64,000 nt of DNA from Ramazzottius varieornatus (taxonomy: Eukaryota > Animalia > Tardigrada): positions 5,800,103 through 5,864,102 of the forward strand of contig BDGG01000001.1 in NCBI GenBank assembly GCA_001949185.1, in the 5' to 3' direction. Shown one piece after another: positions 13,023 to 26,023 of the stretch. The first letter of the stretch is position 1; every line of letters begins with the position of its first letter. The notes under the pieces are model-generated. The model saw only the letters and a program-made list of their open reading frames with translations, had not been told where the DNA came from and searched no databases. Made by a program: the position numbers and the translations under genes.

Positions 13023-13660
13023 TACTGGAAGAGGTAGCCCAACAATCTCATCCAGTGAATGAGGGTGATAGCACTAAAGTAAAAGAAAAAAAGGCTTTAG
13101 TTATCTATCCCTGATATCCGGTTACTGGTTAGCTATAGAACTATGGAAACAAAATGTAGTAAGATCCAAGCCAGCCCTTTAGACTCGCCCAAGATTTGCA
13201 AAACATCACTTTAATGCCCTTGTGTATGATCAGCCCTGCCGCGGCCCAACAGCGTCTGTGGAAAAAAATGGCCCCCGTATGTGTTGCCCGTCATGTGACT
13301 GATGGCTCCTAATCGGGTCGGAGAATTAAAGCGAATTCGACTTCGCCTACGAAACGGCTCTACGGGTGCTGTGTACGTACAGGTCTGACACATCTGTTCG
13401 AACCGTTACGTCAGATTCGACATTGACGTTCCCCAGCTGTTTCCACAAACGCAGTTGGGCCGCGGCAGGGCTGGATTTGATCGAGTTGAACTGCGGAGTC
13501 TTGTACCAGTACGAGATGTGGGTCTCTTTCTTGGGTCTGTGGCAGTGGGTCGTGCTTTCCGAACGAAGCCGGGATGCCCAGCTGCCCTATTAGCAGGAAG
13601 GCAGCAGATGCGCAATGGGAAGAATTACGATGACGTATCAATCCACGCACCTACAGGCCA

Positions 13661-13802
13661 CAGTGTGGGCAAATAAGGTACTCTAAAAGTGGCAGAGCCA
13701 GAATCGATTTTTCAGTTGATCAGCTGTTTACTTCTTATGGCACCGGTCAAAAACGCGATTTTGGCCCTGCCCCCTTTCAGAGTACCTTATTTGCCTACAC
13801 TG
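13661..13802. mobile_element. 142-bp MITE with CAGTG termini (Tc1/mariner-like)
   Basis: cagtgtgggcaaataaggtactctaaaag..gccagaatcg versus cgattttggcc..ctttcagagtaccttatttgcctacactg|TA; about 45-bp imperfect TIR; left TA degenerate (CA). Confidence 0.8.
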
Positions 13803-14320
13803 TATCAGGTTCATTTTGGTTGATTTAACCGCTATCGTCCAGTTCGCCGTTGGGGTCTATGGAAACTCAATTATGTCGCTCGTGTGCAGTATAATAATTA
13901 CCAGAATTGATCGATTAGACCACGCAGCCATGCGCCGATGTAACGATGCATAACGCGTGGCCCGCCACAACAGGAATGAATAGAAGTAATTAGTTTTTCT
14001 AGTTGGAAAGGTCAGATGAGGTCTTTTGTGACCCATAATCGTGAAACCCACCTTGTGATTACCAGGTAAACCGATTTACATATAAACGGATATCTCGCAC
14101 TGACCTGAGATGCACCAGACGATTGCAATTATTTGATTATCGCTTGCCCGCCCCAAATAACCGGATCAAGAGCGTCCAACATGAGAAAAGAGGCCTCCCC
14201 CCATAGTTTTCAGAAGGAGCAGGCCTCAGGATCTTTCTCACAGTTTTTTAGCGGAAGTTTCGAAAGCCAGTCAGTTTTGTGCGTCTTTGAGTCGGGAAAT
14301 GCAACAACGTCTGGGCCAGA

Positions 14321-16820
14321 ATGAGTCCGTTTCCGCGGCGCACCAGTCGATTACTGATATGCCTGAATTTTCTCTGCGCTATGGTGCAATCGGTCCATAT
14401 CAACATTGTCATTCTGATCCTAGGCGAAGATCCCAGCTTTGGCTACTACGCTACTGCGCCGATGTATGATATTGCCTTTGAACGAGCGGCGCGAATGTAT
14501 CCGTCCTTGTTCCCAAACACTACGAGGCATGTTCTGCACCAAAAGAACGTTCGAGACTGCGCTTCCGCTGCAGCGAATATGGTTGATGTTGCCGGCAAAA
14601 TGATGGATTTGGTCGATCGTCAAGAAGGACTTACCATTCTGATGTCTCCGGGATGTAGCGCTGAAGCGATGGTCCTTGGGGATTTCGCGCGAGGTTTCCT
14701 CGATTTGTATTCTTAGTGTAACATTTCTGCTCGAGTGACGTACTCAGAAAAACCGTATTTTTCTAGAGTTGAATGTGCTTCTACTCGCAAGTACGTCTGC
14801 TGATTTGGCGTTCATGAACAAGCAACGCTTCCCAACCTTCATCGCTTTGGGACCCGTAGGGAGAGGTGCCTCTGTACCGGCGCTGAAGGCTTTCTTGGAG
14901 CATTACGATCTTACGACGTTCACTGTGTTTTGCGAAACGACGGCGAATTATCTGAATGTAGCATCGTTTGTCTCGCTGGTTTGCCGGGCCATAAGGAGCC
15001 TTGTCATGACATCAAAACAGTTCACGGTTTACCTGCAGGAAATCGATTCAGTTCGGAAACCCGACTACAAAAATATGCTGCTTCGAGCCAAGAATTCTTC
15101 TCGAGGTATCTTGGTTGATCTTCTGTGATACAGAAGCTCATTCCTTATCGTTTGACTGCTGTTCAGTTATAGTGCTGGAAACTCGAGACGACATTGTCCG
15201 GAAAATCATGGTTAGTTATTCCTATTGAATTCCATTCACTGCACATGCACGCAATGGATTAGGTTCTGAACGGAATACGGTTCGGTCTAATAGATTGCGG
15301 CCTATCTCCAGAACATGACCAAGGGGGATTTTGTAAGTCGCTGTGGCGAGTTCCCGAATCGGCAGTAATTTCAAGGCGTCCGTAATGAAAATTTTTTCCC
15401 GTGTAGGTGTTTTTGTTCCTCCAGCAGAATCCTCTTCCCCAGCACATAGATCTAATGGATACGACCTTGGACCCTAATGACCACGTAGGCTAATGGAAAG
15501 GCGTTTCTAGGACGGCGATTCTTCAAAGACATAAATCCATTCCTTCTGTTTGATGCCTGCTTGCAGGTGGCGGGGGAAGCATTCCAGGCTTTGATACTTC
15601 TACAATATGACAACATTAACCGGGATAGAAGCGCCATCATTTTCGATGAGGCTGCCACAGTTGCGCAGCTGAGATACAATTACTCTTTCTTGAAAGACGA
15701 TCAGGTAAGTGATCCATCGTGGTAGTTATCCATCTGGCGAGTTTCTTCCATCTGGCGAGTGCCGGGGAATAATACATAGATCAAGTTGCCACCCCGGTTC
15801 ACTTTCCGACTGTAGTAACGGCTTTCTCCGCCCCCTTTCGTCACGTGTAACTGCAAATTGCTTTCTGGAGCTCCTCTTATCTTCGAAAAATAGCGTAATC
15901 GAATTTACAGTTAGCTACAGTCGGACTTTCATCCGTCGGCGGTAACTTCACTTTTGCAATGTCACCCATTTTGTATCCGTTAATTGTGTTTCAGCACAAC
16001 GACCACGGTTTGTCAGCGTATGAAGCTACGACGATCATATTCCAAGTATGCAAAACAAGGCACTTATGACATCGAAAGGCAGACTTCTGAGTTTTGACCT
16101 TTCGATATGTCGTGCTTTACAGGTTCTGGAAGAGTTATTCTCACGCCAATCTGATGCTCTCACCACTCAGCACTTGTACAGCAGCATCCTCAACCGAACT
16201 TTCAGTTTAGAATCGAGGAACATCAGTGTAGAACAGGACGGCTACCGTCTGTCGGATGTAGCTTTCAAGCGCTATGACACTGACTTCAATCGCTTTGAGG
16301 TAGGAGCACAGTACAGTCGGGTCGGAAACTGCTTGTGGAACAGGGCGCCACGTCACACAGGAGGGAGTTCGTTGCAGAGCTTCAATGGCTGTTCTTGTCA
16401 CTTAGACTGTTTGGAGATACGATGCACTGCGCAAGCAGATCGTCGTTCTTTCGTCGAATTCATCCCATAGTTGGCACGGGCTCTCTTTTCCTCCGTCGAA
16501 CCTACCCCAATGTGGATACCGGATGGAGCATTGCTCAGATGACCTACCCCAGTCAAACACCATTCTCATCACTCTGTCATGCGCGTTGTTGCTACTTCTG
16601 CTGTTGTTAGTTCCAACGGTTATCTACTACCGCTGGTTAGTATAACCCCAAACTCCGAGTTCACTTGCAAAAGTGGGAAACATAGGACGAGCTGAGCATT
16701 TCTCTGTGTAGGTCGCATGGTAATCATATCTACAAGACGTGGTGGATATTGGACCCAGAGAAATATCGTCCTGGGGGCGTTTATTCTGGCGTCTCTGGTA
16801 CCGGTTCGATGAAAAACTAA
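14321..16820 (+). CDS. Natriuretic-peptide-receptor-like (ANF_receptor ectodomain) single-pass protein with short tail and no cyclase (paralog 1)
   Basis: Ten exons: 14321-14693, 14767-15105, 15167-15210, 15294-15332, 15407-15484, 15567-15704, 15995-16045, 16123-16299, 16406-16635, 16712-16820. Signal peptide, SPGCS..LGDFARELNV, NKQRFPTF, AYLQNMTKGDFVF, juxtamembrane PPSNLPQCGYRMEHC, TM ILITLSCALLLLLLLLVPTVIYY, about 37-aa tail containing TWWILD, then TAA. Confidence 0.9.
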
Positions 16821-17077
16821 ACCACGGAGTGGGCAGACTCATAATCAGAAAGCTTGAAACTGTCCTTGGGCTGAATATCGTCATGTACTGGCACAATGAG
16901 TTCCCAGTTCAGCTTCACGCAATTAAGGGGAGCAATATCGTAGCAATAGTGTACAAAACCTGATGAACTGGAAAACATCTCTACAACAATACGTGGCCGT
17001 TTTCCACCTCCGTATCTGGCTTCTGATCATGAATGTACTCAACCTCCTGTATAGAAGCTCCTGAACTGTCTTGCATT

Positions 17078-20000
17078 TTAGGGATTCAGCGTGAAGCCGC
17101 TGGTCGATAGCCGTTGACGATGATAAGAGAGCAGCGAATCGCTGAACGGAGTTTCGATGTCGATTACCCACCACGTTCCCTCATCGTGCCGATGAGATAC
17201 TGCAGGCAGGAACCGGTTCCTAAAAAAGTGTCCAGACTTTGAAACGGGAAGGTTGTGTAAGAGCAGAACTGTGGCTGGATCACCTGTTTAGCACCAGGAC
17301 TACAGTCAAAACAATCAAGCCGCACACTGATACGCTACAGGATACCCAAAGGGCGTCAACCGAACCTGCCAACAGGAAGGAGCCAGATTTCGAAAAGTTG
17401 CGAGAGTGGACAAGAGAGGCGAAAAATACCACCTACTTGCACCAACACAGGTCAGTCCATCAGCACCGCACTGAGGCTGACTATGGACGGGCCATGCCGC
17501 GTTTTCGTACCAGCTGATGTTTCCGATGTCGACCCACTCGAAGTTTTTAGGGTCTTGAAACATTACTTCCTTTCGAGAAAAGTATAGAAAGGTCACTGAT
17601 ACCACGATGCACCTGAGACCGTTGTTGACAAGGCCGATTGATAGCACTTACTTTCAAACTAGTTCTGTTGACATCCATTTGCAGGAATGTAATACCCAAC
17701 ATGCGCTCTCCCACCTCGTCCAGTGTGACGCTTCCGGTTCGCAGGTGGTAGGTCCGGTTAAAGTAAGCTTGCGCCAAAGTGGCTCCATCCGCTGGCGAGA
17801 TCCTGTTGTGGCAGTCAGAGTAGAGTTCGCTGATCACCTGTAACGATTCATTTCCGGATATTTCCAACACAGTCCGGAAAACACCGAGTCACAGTGCCAA
17901 CCTGGGCGAAGATCATGAAGGCCGCATATGTGGCGGAAGGTATTGGGGTAACCTGGAACATAAGCTCACTGTCTTGTGGGGCATCTAACCACGAAAAGGC
18001 CTCCGAGTATGTATAATTACAGAGTTGACTGAATTGACCTGCTCGTTCTTTCCGTATGTGTAATTGTAAACCTCTGCAGATTGCTGCTTCCAGACGGCTT
18101 CCATCGCTTGGATTGTTCTTCTGGTCTCGCCATTCTTAACGGCGTCGGTTTCAAGTACGAAGAACGAGCCGAATGCGAATTTTGCAATCTGTAGACCAGA
18201 AAACGGCGTCGATAGAGGCAGGGAATGGCTCCTAGTCTTGACAGAAGCATAAAACGTGGGTTGTCGACTCTTTACCTTGTTGGAGTTCTGGTTATCGCCT
18301 CCAACAAGTCTAACGTGTAATATAGAAAAATTTTTCAACTTGTTATCGGTCACCTCCAACTTGTAACCAATGAGCCGTAACTTCATACCGCACGCATCAA
18401 AAATGTTACCGGGCGGTTAGGACCTTGAAATCTGTTGCAGTAAATCTTTATCTCGATTTTAGACGACATCATGCGATGGAAAATGGAAGGGAAAGGCAAG
18501 CAGCTTTACAACCGCTTTGCACACTCTCTAGATACAGTCCTAACGGAGAAACCGGTGAGCATTGACCAGCTGTATTTCCAACAAGAGCTACTTGTCCTGT
18601 AAAGCCTGTGGTGCATCGGATAGCGAAAATCGAGGATACCTCAAATTGCACTGGAAAACAAAACAGTATGCAGAGCCGGTAGACACGCCCCGCACGGTAT
18701 CCGTCGTACTTCAGAAAAAAGCCAAGCTATGGCTGCTTGAGGCTGCGGTAGTAAGATAAAGAGGTCCCGTGAGACGTTTGAGGAAGCCAATAAAAATCTT
18801 GAAGGGCCTCGGTAACAAGTCTGACGGGTAACAATTTTGGCAGGCCGACAGGTCAGGCCCGGGTAACAAGTGGACTGGCGGCGGTAACAAGTTCGGAAAT
18901 TCCTGTTCAACTTGTTGGAGTCTGTGGGACTTATTGGGGGACGCTGGAGACGACTGTTAGAGCGGAAAAGTCATTGCTGAAGCGGCTTCCAGTCAAGGTG
19001 GAGACTTTTCGACGCATAGAAAGTTGGGCAAGGCACATGTCTTCCCACCGAAATTATTTCGCCGTTCAGCGTTCACTATATACATGTATAGCTCCAGTAA
19101 GACGCAAAAAACAGTCGGTGGCTTGCAAGTTGCGGAAATAACCCCCACTTGTTATCGTGTTACCTTGTGCTTGTTGGAGCCCAACAAGGTAACAGGTATG
19201 ATCGGTTACATTATGCCAGTCTTAACCTATGCACTATCAACTTACCTCATCATCCGGGTCTCCAAGCCTCCAAGAGAAGGTTCCGGAAGGGGAATCTCTG
19301 TAGGCTGATACAGCGATGTAAACCTTTTGATAGGGCACACGCAGATGTATTTAATTTCTAAACAGCATGAATACATTGTTAAATCACGTACATACTGGCC
19401 ATTGGTCATATTTAACTTGTACGCTGCCACCTGTGGAATACCACGTGGTTCAACATGGACGTATATGAGAAAACGATGCCGCCTTAGAAGGTTACCAAGA
19501 TGGCTCGTAGCAGTTTCGCGTTACCGAAGTAGAAACACACTGCGGGATCAGGACATGTCGTCATCACTTTGGGTTGTGATATCGATAAAATAAAAAGACG
19601 GACCGATTATTTTGTACTAACCTCGGCTATTCCGCCTAAACAGCCCCAAAGTCCGATTAAAATCAGGCTTAGCTGTTGAATCTATCCCGAGATCATCTAT
19701 CTGCAAACGTATTCCGCGAACTTGCGAAAGATCTTTTCGAACCGTGTTCGATAGGGTGGTGAAGAAAGGATTGCTCGAGACATCGGTCAGAAATGTGACG
19801 GAAGTCCATTGAAACTCTCGGATCAGGCTTCGGTATGCGTGGACAAAGGGTGTGGTGGAGGTAATGCTTGTCGTAATCCATGTTGGATACCGTGTCTTGT
19901 CTCTCGATGCTAATCCTTCCACACTGAAACCATCAAAGATTCAAGCAAATGCATTGACTTTTTTGAGTGGGAAGAGTTAGAGTGATAATCCTCGCTTCAT

Positions 20001-20760
20001 CACTACGTGACTGACAGAGCTAAATAACGGGGAGTGTGCGGTCAACTTCGAATTTAGGCTGGAAGATTCAAGCAAACGTAGATGAAACCCAGGTTGCCGC
20101 TCCGCAGCACAGGATTCAGCTTGTAACAGCTTGCCTTTCTGACATAGTGAACAAGTGAGGATTATCCCCGTACACGCAGGAAAAGGAAGTTTAGGCCACT
20201 AAAAGGTTTGGGCCAGATGGAAAGACGGCAAAGTGAAATTCAACCTTAGAAAACTGCCGAAAAGTGCATGGGTGTGAGTTACGCACATACGTACGTACTT
20301 CCGTTCCGCCATTTCGGAATCGCCTGGCCCAAACTTGCTTTTCGTGTGTCTACCTGGTTATCAAAAGAATATTCCAATGTTTCGCGAAACTGGCGAGAGA
20401 CAGGACTTCAGTGCAACCGGCACAAATTATTGCGACGACGTCGGTCGCATTTCCGGGTCTCTTTGGGGCGTTGCGGTAGTAAGATGAGGCAAGGTGAAAA
20501 TCACTCTCTCGTTCCCACTCAGCACAATTGGATATGGAGGGACTGTATACGGGCTCGTGGATAACGCTCAGAAGAGGGTATCGGACCTCCATGTCGGCCA
20601 GTGCTGTCTCGATAGCTGGTGCTATGTACACGTAGGCTCTCGGTGAAAATGGCCGATATACAGTTGGAGTTAATATTCGGACGTTCAAAGGGGATCTCGC
20701 TCCAGCACTGAGAAAAAGAGACAAAAGAAGAAAAGTAACGTATATCCCAGCATTTTCCAT
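17078..20760 (-). CDS. Natriuretic-peptide-receptor-like single-pass protein with short tail and no cyclase (paralog 2), convergent with paralog 1
   Basis: About 11 exons running from 20760-20354 and 19923-19622 down to 17219-17078. AGCTEVLSLASFAKHWNILLIT, RDKTRYPTWITT, AAYKLNMTNGQYVYI, FNRTYHLRTGSVTLDEVGER, PVHSQPQCGADGLTC, TM LWVSCSVSVCGLIVLTVVLVL, tail with GTWWVID, then TAA. Confidence 0.9.
18276..19190. repeat. Intronic cluster of short direct and inverted motifs (CTTGTTGGAG/CCAACAAG, GGTAACAA), probably a decayed non-autonomous element
   Basis: CTTGTTGGAG at 18276, 18911 and 19170; its reverse complement at 18299; GGTAACAA at 18811, 18827, 18862 and 18883. Confidence 0.55.
20173..20348. 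mobile_element. About 175-bp MITE (CACGC termini); uninterrupted copy of the element at 45269-46960
   Basis: TA|cacgcaggaaaaggaagttt..ttcaacctTAgaaaactgccgaaaagtgcatgggtgtgagttac..cccaaacttgcttttcgtgtg aligns with 45269-45328 joined to 46841-46960. Confidence 0.85.
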
Positions 20761-22120
20761 TGCTGGACGACCGGGTCAGAATTGCCATATGCTGTGGAGT
20801 AAACCTCGTCCAGATGTTCTGCTGGTAGAGGTCAACCTTTTAAATTACCGACGATTAGGTGTGACATTTCCGGGTAAACCAGGCACTTCGTAAAGTACGT
20901 AAGGCGCATTCGGATATTTTCGTACAAGTTTGATTGAATGTTGCACCAGCCCAGTAAAGCGAATCTAGTTTCGTAATCAAATCGTGTTGAAGGAAATGCG
21001 CTAATGGCTCGTTACCCGTTATAACCAGAAGTCTCAAGAGAGAGGGCATTTTGTGATATTCCACTGTCGGTACTGATATCGGGGTCGATTCCTGCGAATA
21101 GACTTATCTGTGTCGTTGTCAACATGATGTTACTTTTGTCCGCGAAAGAAACGTTCGAGCCATCGGCTAACGACTGCATCGATGGTGTGTTCATATGACA
21201 GGAAAACATTACCCGCACCAATTTTGAACAGGTCGAGATTCGATTACAGCTTAGAAGCGACTTCAAAGGTGCGACCGGAAAGGAAGCAAAACAGCCGCAG
21301 AACAAGCAAGGTCCATGAGTACGCGGAGTAGCATGTGCGTACAGAAACATAAGTGACTCTCTGTTCTATGAATCATCGCACCCCCAGACAATCCGTACTA
21401 CGAAATGGCAGCTTCGTGCCTCTTTTGTATCTCTCCCGCAGAAAATCTCGTGTTGACTGGAACCCAGTATCACCTACAGTCAAGCTCGCGGGTCATGGCC
21501 ACCCCATGATCTTCCTTTGCTTACCTGCATCTTATGAGCTTGGTATGCGATTTTGACAATTAAGGCACCGCCGTTTAGACGATGCTTCATACTTTTTGAC
21601 CACGTGACTCTGGACTCGAGACTTAAATCAGTCAAGCTGGAGAATGGGTGGTTTAGACACGGAAATGAAGACTACTGTTGGATGCTTCTTTCCCGTCACG
21701 CGACAATCTCAGGGAAAAACCCAAACAGCCAAAATGTGGCACAATAGTCGCTCTCCCAAATCCGTCAAAAACGATGTCCAGCAAAAAATTTCAAAATTTT
21801 TCTGTATGGTTTCTAGTTTTCTGCAACGTACTTCATGGACGAAATACATCACTTCGATTATTTCTCTGTTTGCTTGTCCGATTTCTATGCCCGGACTATC
21901 TCAGAAGAGAAAAAGATTGCTCTCCCCACCAAGCACAGTTATGTTATGTGAGATGGCAAACTTGCTGGATGGGTGCAAAAATATTTGATTTCTTCGAAAA
22001 CTCAGCTGCAGAACCCATACAGAAAAAAAAGTGACAACCGGAGTTGCTTATTCAAGCTCCGTGCATGCAGAATCCGCCATCGAGTCGGTGGCGTAGTAGA
22101 TACTAGTGGTAGCAGTGCTT

Positions 22121-22140
22121 GCAGCAGCAGCAGCAGCAGC
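22121..22140. repeat. (GCA)6-7 microsatellite
   Basis: gcagcagcagcagcagcagc read directly. Confidence 0.9.
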
Positions 22141-23722
22141 GGAATTAGTGGTAATTATTCCAGGGCCCGCGTGAAAGTTGAACTATGAAACAGTATGGTA
22201 ACGGTTAAGTAGCATGATACGGTGAATAGTCCTATCGATTATGGATTTAGGAGTGGCTACGAACTCCATCTGAACTCTTCCGTAATTACTTTTCGTTTAC
22301 CCCAGCGGTTCATTACCACTGTCATCGAAGTATCATATTGGTGGTACTACCGGACAAAGATCAAATATAACCTTTGATGTTTGTTCACGTACGGTGAGGA
22401 ATACCGAACCGGATCGTTGCTCCCAGTAGCCAACGATCCAGATTTCGTATGTTTGAGAAAATTCTAGGCAACACTGGATATTGTGAAAAAAGAAACGCTC
22501 TTGAGGATCGGGTCCACTCAGGTGAAAACAGAAGTCCCGTTTGCTGCTTCCTCGGATGTAACCGTGCCAATGGACCAACAAGTTAGGTGACGACGCCAAA
22601 CCTAACTTGTTAGACAGTGGCTACAGAGTTCTTGGGCCCATCGCATGTGCTGCTTTCGCCTTCCTGCTCTCGCCTGTCTTCAACAGAGACTTTCACCTCT
22701 CATCCTCGCAGAATGGGATCCAGAATTCTATTACCAAGCCGCCAGTCGAAACCCTTGTGGAGACTTTTACCAAAAGCTGGGACCAGAGTCTCGTACATCG
22801 GTCGTCCCGCAACAAAAACGGGCAATGCGCAAGACATCCAAGGAAAGCCAAGTGCAGAATGCCATGGCCAGTGACTAGAAACATACATACTGTATGTACA
22901 TACTGTAAGCGAAGAGTTTGAATGAATCTACCGCTTTTTCCTGTCCTTATATATTACATTCTCGTACGCTCGCATGGATGGCGCCTCGCCAGGACCTGCC
23001 ATGTTAAATGTCAGCGCTTGGCTGTAGAGATATCCTTCAACGCGGAGGCTATGGGCTCTGTGTAATCCTTTCCGTGCTCACTGGCTAAAGAGATATTTCA
23101 AAGCATTACACCCCGTCTGCCGTTTCTCTGAAAGTACCTCATCTCACCCAGCCAATGTGCCGTAAGTTTCCGTTTATCGTTACATTAGGGTTACGGGTCC
23201 GAAGCGCTACCTGCGATGGTTCATAAACTATAGATAGGATCCACCCGGTTGAAATTCACGAGAGAGCTGCTCTCCACCACTGGCACCAGCGATGGGGTCA
23301 TCCGAAACGACGATTACACGTTCTGTCCACAGCACAAGTGACCGCCAAGTGGATTTTCTTGGCGATCGGTTATTTACGTATTTTATTCCAAACAAAAACG
23401 ACGAAAGAAGACATGCCTACGCCCGTAACGAGCTACTGAAAGGGGATGATGGCTCTTTGTCACAGCGAGGTCTAGGGGAGGCAACACTGTAACCTCGATC
23501 TGACGTGCGACTATAATTTGTGTAGCAATAGTCTCGGTAGATGGCGCATTTGACATGGTAGAACTTCAAAAACGGCACATTGCTTCACAAGTAATACTGT
23601 ACTGTCTGGGTCCAGTGAGAATATCGTACTGTGACGTTATAGCTATTTCGCATTCGAACTGGGCTTGTGGCAAAAACACTTGTTTTGGGCGCATCCGCCT
23701 ATCTGGACACTTTGGGAGTAGA

Positions 23723-25081
23723 ATGGGCAAGAACTCTGGGAACCGTGATGAAAGTATCTCCTCGTCTCGAGCAAGACACGATCTTGTTCGTCCGTGTATG
23801 TACCTTGTCGCGTTTATCGTATGCACAAAATTTTTCTTCGCTTCTTCTCTGTACACACTAATGATTCCCAAAAAGTCGGCGGGCGACCTACCACATTCGC
23901 GACATCGAGCTGAAAGATCCTCTGCGTATACGTATGTGCAACCTCCAGTAGTTCCTTGCATGTCTCATCTAACAAAAGCCGATCGTTGCGCCACCGTCGC
24001 CGCAATCCGCGCGGTCTCGGTCGAGACGGAACTACAGGAGGCGCTATCCAACAAGTCAACTGTAATGATTGGAGATTCTCGTAGCAATCAACTCCTACGC
24101 TACATCATGGGGCTTCTAAACCCGGAACATCGAACCGACAAGATATTTCATCGATGTGATAAATCGATGGAAGTGTTGGACCCTAAACGAAACATCACCA
24201 TCGTAAGTACCAACCGCTGGTCACTCTTGTTCTTTTCGACCATTTCCACCATGTTAACTTTCTATTGCAGAATTTTATTTTTAATCCGTTTCCTAATGAT
24301 GAGATGTTGGAGACCATACACAGATGGCTCGTGGAAAAACCAGTTCGACCTGATTACATTTTCCTGGAAACCGGCGCTGTAGGTATTGACAGGTTCTGAC
24401 GCTTTGAGCTCAATCAATTGACTGGTTACGTTCCATTTCAGTGGACGATTTACAGCCACGGTTGGTCGGCTGCCCGGTCATTCAGATGTAAGCGCTACCT
24501 TGACCGTTCCATCTGGTATCTGTCATCGAAGATCCCCTCTTGCTTATAACAGACAACTACTTTACAGATAACTTGACCCATATCGCGATACACCTGAGGC
24601 AGTGGTCTGGATCGACAGTTCCGGTATGGATAAAAACCTGTGAGTCTGTGCTTCACTGCTCATGACGCGCCAATTCGTGGTGATGGAACTAATTTGTTTG
24701 TCGGTAGTTCCGCTACATTCAGAGTATAGCGAACTGCCGTTCGGATGGCCGAACTCGAAGTACAACCACACAGAACAAATGGGCGAGTTCCATGCTGGTA
24801 TAGTGGAACAGATCGCCAAGGAGCACCACATTCCCCTATGGACGACGGCTTTTGCCACGGCGAAGCAGCATCCAGAGATGTACCATGACAGAGTACACCC
24901 AGGAAAGGGTTTACTCAGAGCCGTAAGTGGTCTACTGCTCATCCGCGTCCACGTCACATTTTCTGCGATAAACTAGCTTCATGATGCTTTGCTTTTGCCA
25001 TAGTTCGCCTGTCAATTGGCGTCGATGCTAAACCAAAAGACCTGTTCTGACAAAGGATCTGCAGAGTTCAGAAAGCGATAA
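23723..25081 (+). CDS. Stand-alone SGNH / PC-esterase (CASD1/TBL-like) type II membrane protein, copy A
   Basis: Exons 23723-24202, 24271-24378, 24442-24487, 24553-24639, 24708-24922 and 25004-25081 in frame. N-terminal hydrophobic anchor, KSTVMIGDSRSNQL, PDYIFLETGAW, PVWIKT and C-terminal YHDRVHPG (DxxH). Confidence 0.85.
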
Positions 25082-25467
25082 GACGGTTCCGGTTGCTGGT
25101 AGTGCAACTCTGCTCACCGTACTTTGTGGTCGACTCTGCTTTGAAACGGATGAGGTTCGCCACTAGGTGGCGTTGGTGTGCGCATGACCGAATGTCCAAC
25201 TGGTAGAGGTTCATGCGGATGAGCAGTGGGCAAAGTGACCCAGACGTCACGTGGTAAAATTCCCTGTTCTTGAGAGATTACGGGCAAGCGGAGTTTTGGC
25301 TGCTGTGATGTCAGTGCCACCGTTTGCATTGGTCATACTCGGCTCCGGAACTAAGATGGCAAAAGCATGACGTCAGCTGCCAAGCCCAGGCTCGCTCGCA
25401 ATCTCTCAGATAGAGAGAATTTTACCACGCGACATCTGAGTTACTTTGCCCACTGCTCAGATATAAC

Positions 25468-25710
25468 CAGGGATGCGTCGAGGTTCGGAGGACAGTGGGG
25501 CCAAATGGTTCAGGGGCCAGAGCTTTCGGGCGATTTACACTGGCTCAAAACGTTTTAGCCCGATTGGGGTCGGTGGGGCCGGTGGGGCCGGTGGGGCCGG
25601 TGGGGCCGGTGGGGCCAATGTATCAACGATAAGATCTTGGCCCCAGGGGCCAGGATTTTAGATTCTAACTGGGGCCAGGCCCCACCGGCCCACTGCTCAA
25701 CGCGTCCCTG
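25468..25710. mobile_element. 243-bp hAT-type MITE with 8-bp TSD and internal (GGTGGGGCC)5 array
   Basis: GATATAAC|cagggatgcgtcgag ... ctcaacgcgtccctg|GATATAAC (TSD at 25460-25467 and 25711-25718); tandem 9-mer at 25572-25616. Confidence 0.9.
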
Positions 25711-26023
25711 GATATAACTACCTAGTGGTCCCGACCACTGGAAAGGCCGAGCGAATGCGGCTGACTCGTTGAGTGGTATTGCGATTACATTTGTTGTTGC
25801 CTGGATCAAGTTGCGCATCCGTTTTGAGTACAGAGATTGCGATTTCAGAAAGCGTCATCATCTGCGACATCCATTGAAATCGTGACAGACCTAAAAGTAC
25901 CTAAAAGACCGGACAAGCTGGCATCTGAGACGTGTTTTACTGTGACCCGGCCTATGATTCTACGACCGAGTTGAAGCTTCAATATCAGACTATTCCGATA
26001 CTTAGGGTAAAGTTGCAAGGTTA

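Noticed and set aside
18811-18892. Spaced GGTAACAAG repeats as a CRISPR-like array
   Set aside because: Repeats are only 8-10 bp, spacing is irregular, the context is a eukaryotic intron and there are no cas genes.
22040-22900. Candidate minus-strand exons (IEFWIPF, YHQYDTSM, poly-Ala)
   Set aside because: No consistent spliced frame or family match could be built; left unresolved.
23555-23722. Upstream ATG extending SGNH copy A
   Set aside because: ATG 23723 gives the short cytoplasmic tail typical of the paralogs; the extension is possible but unsupported.
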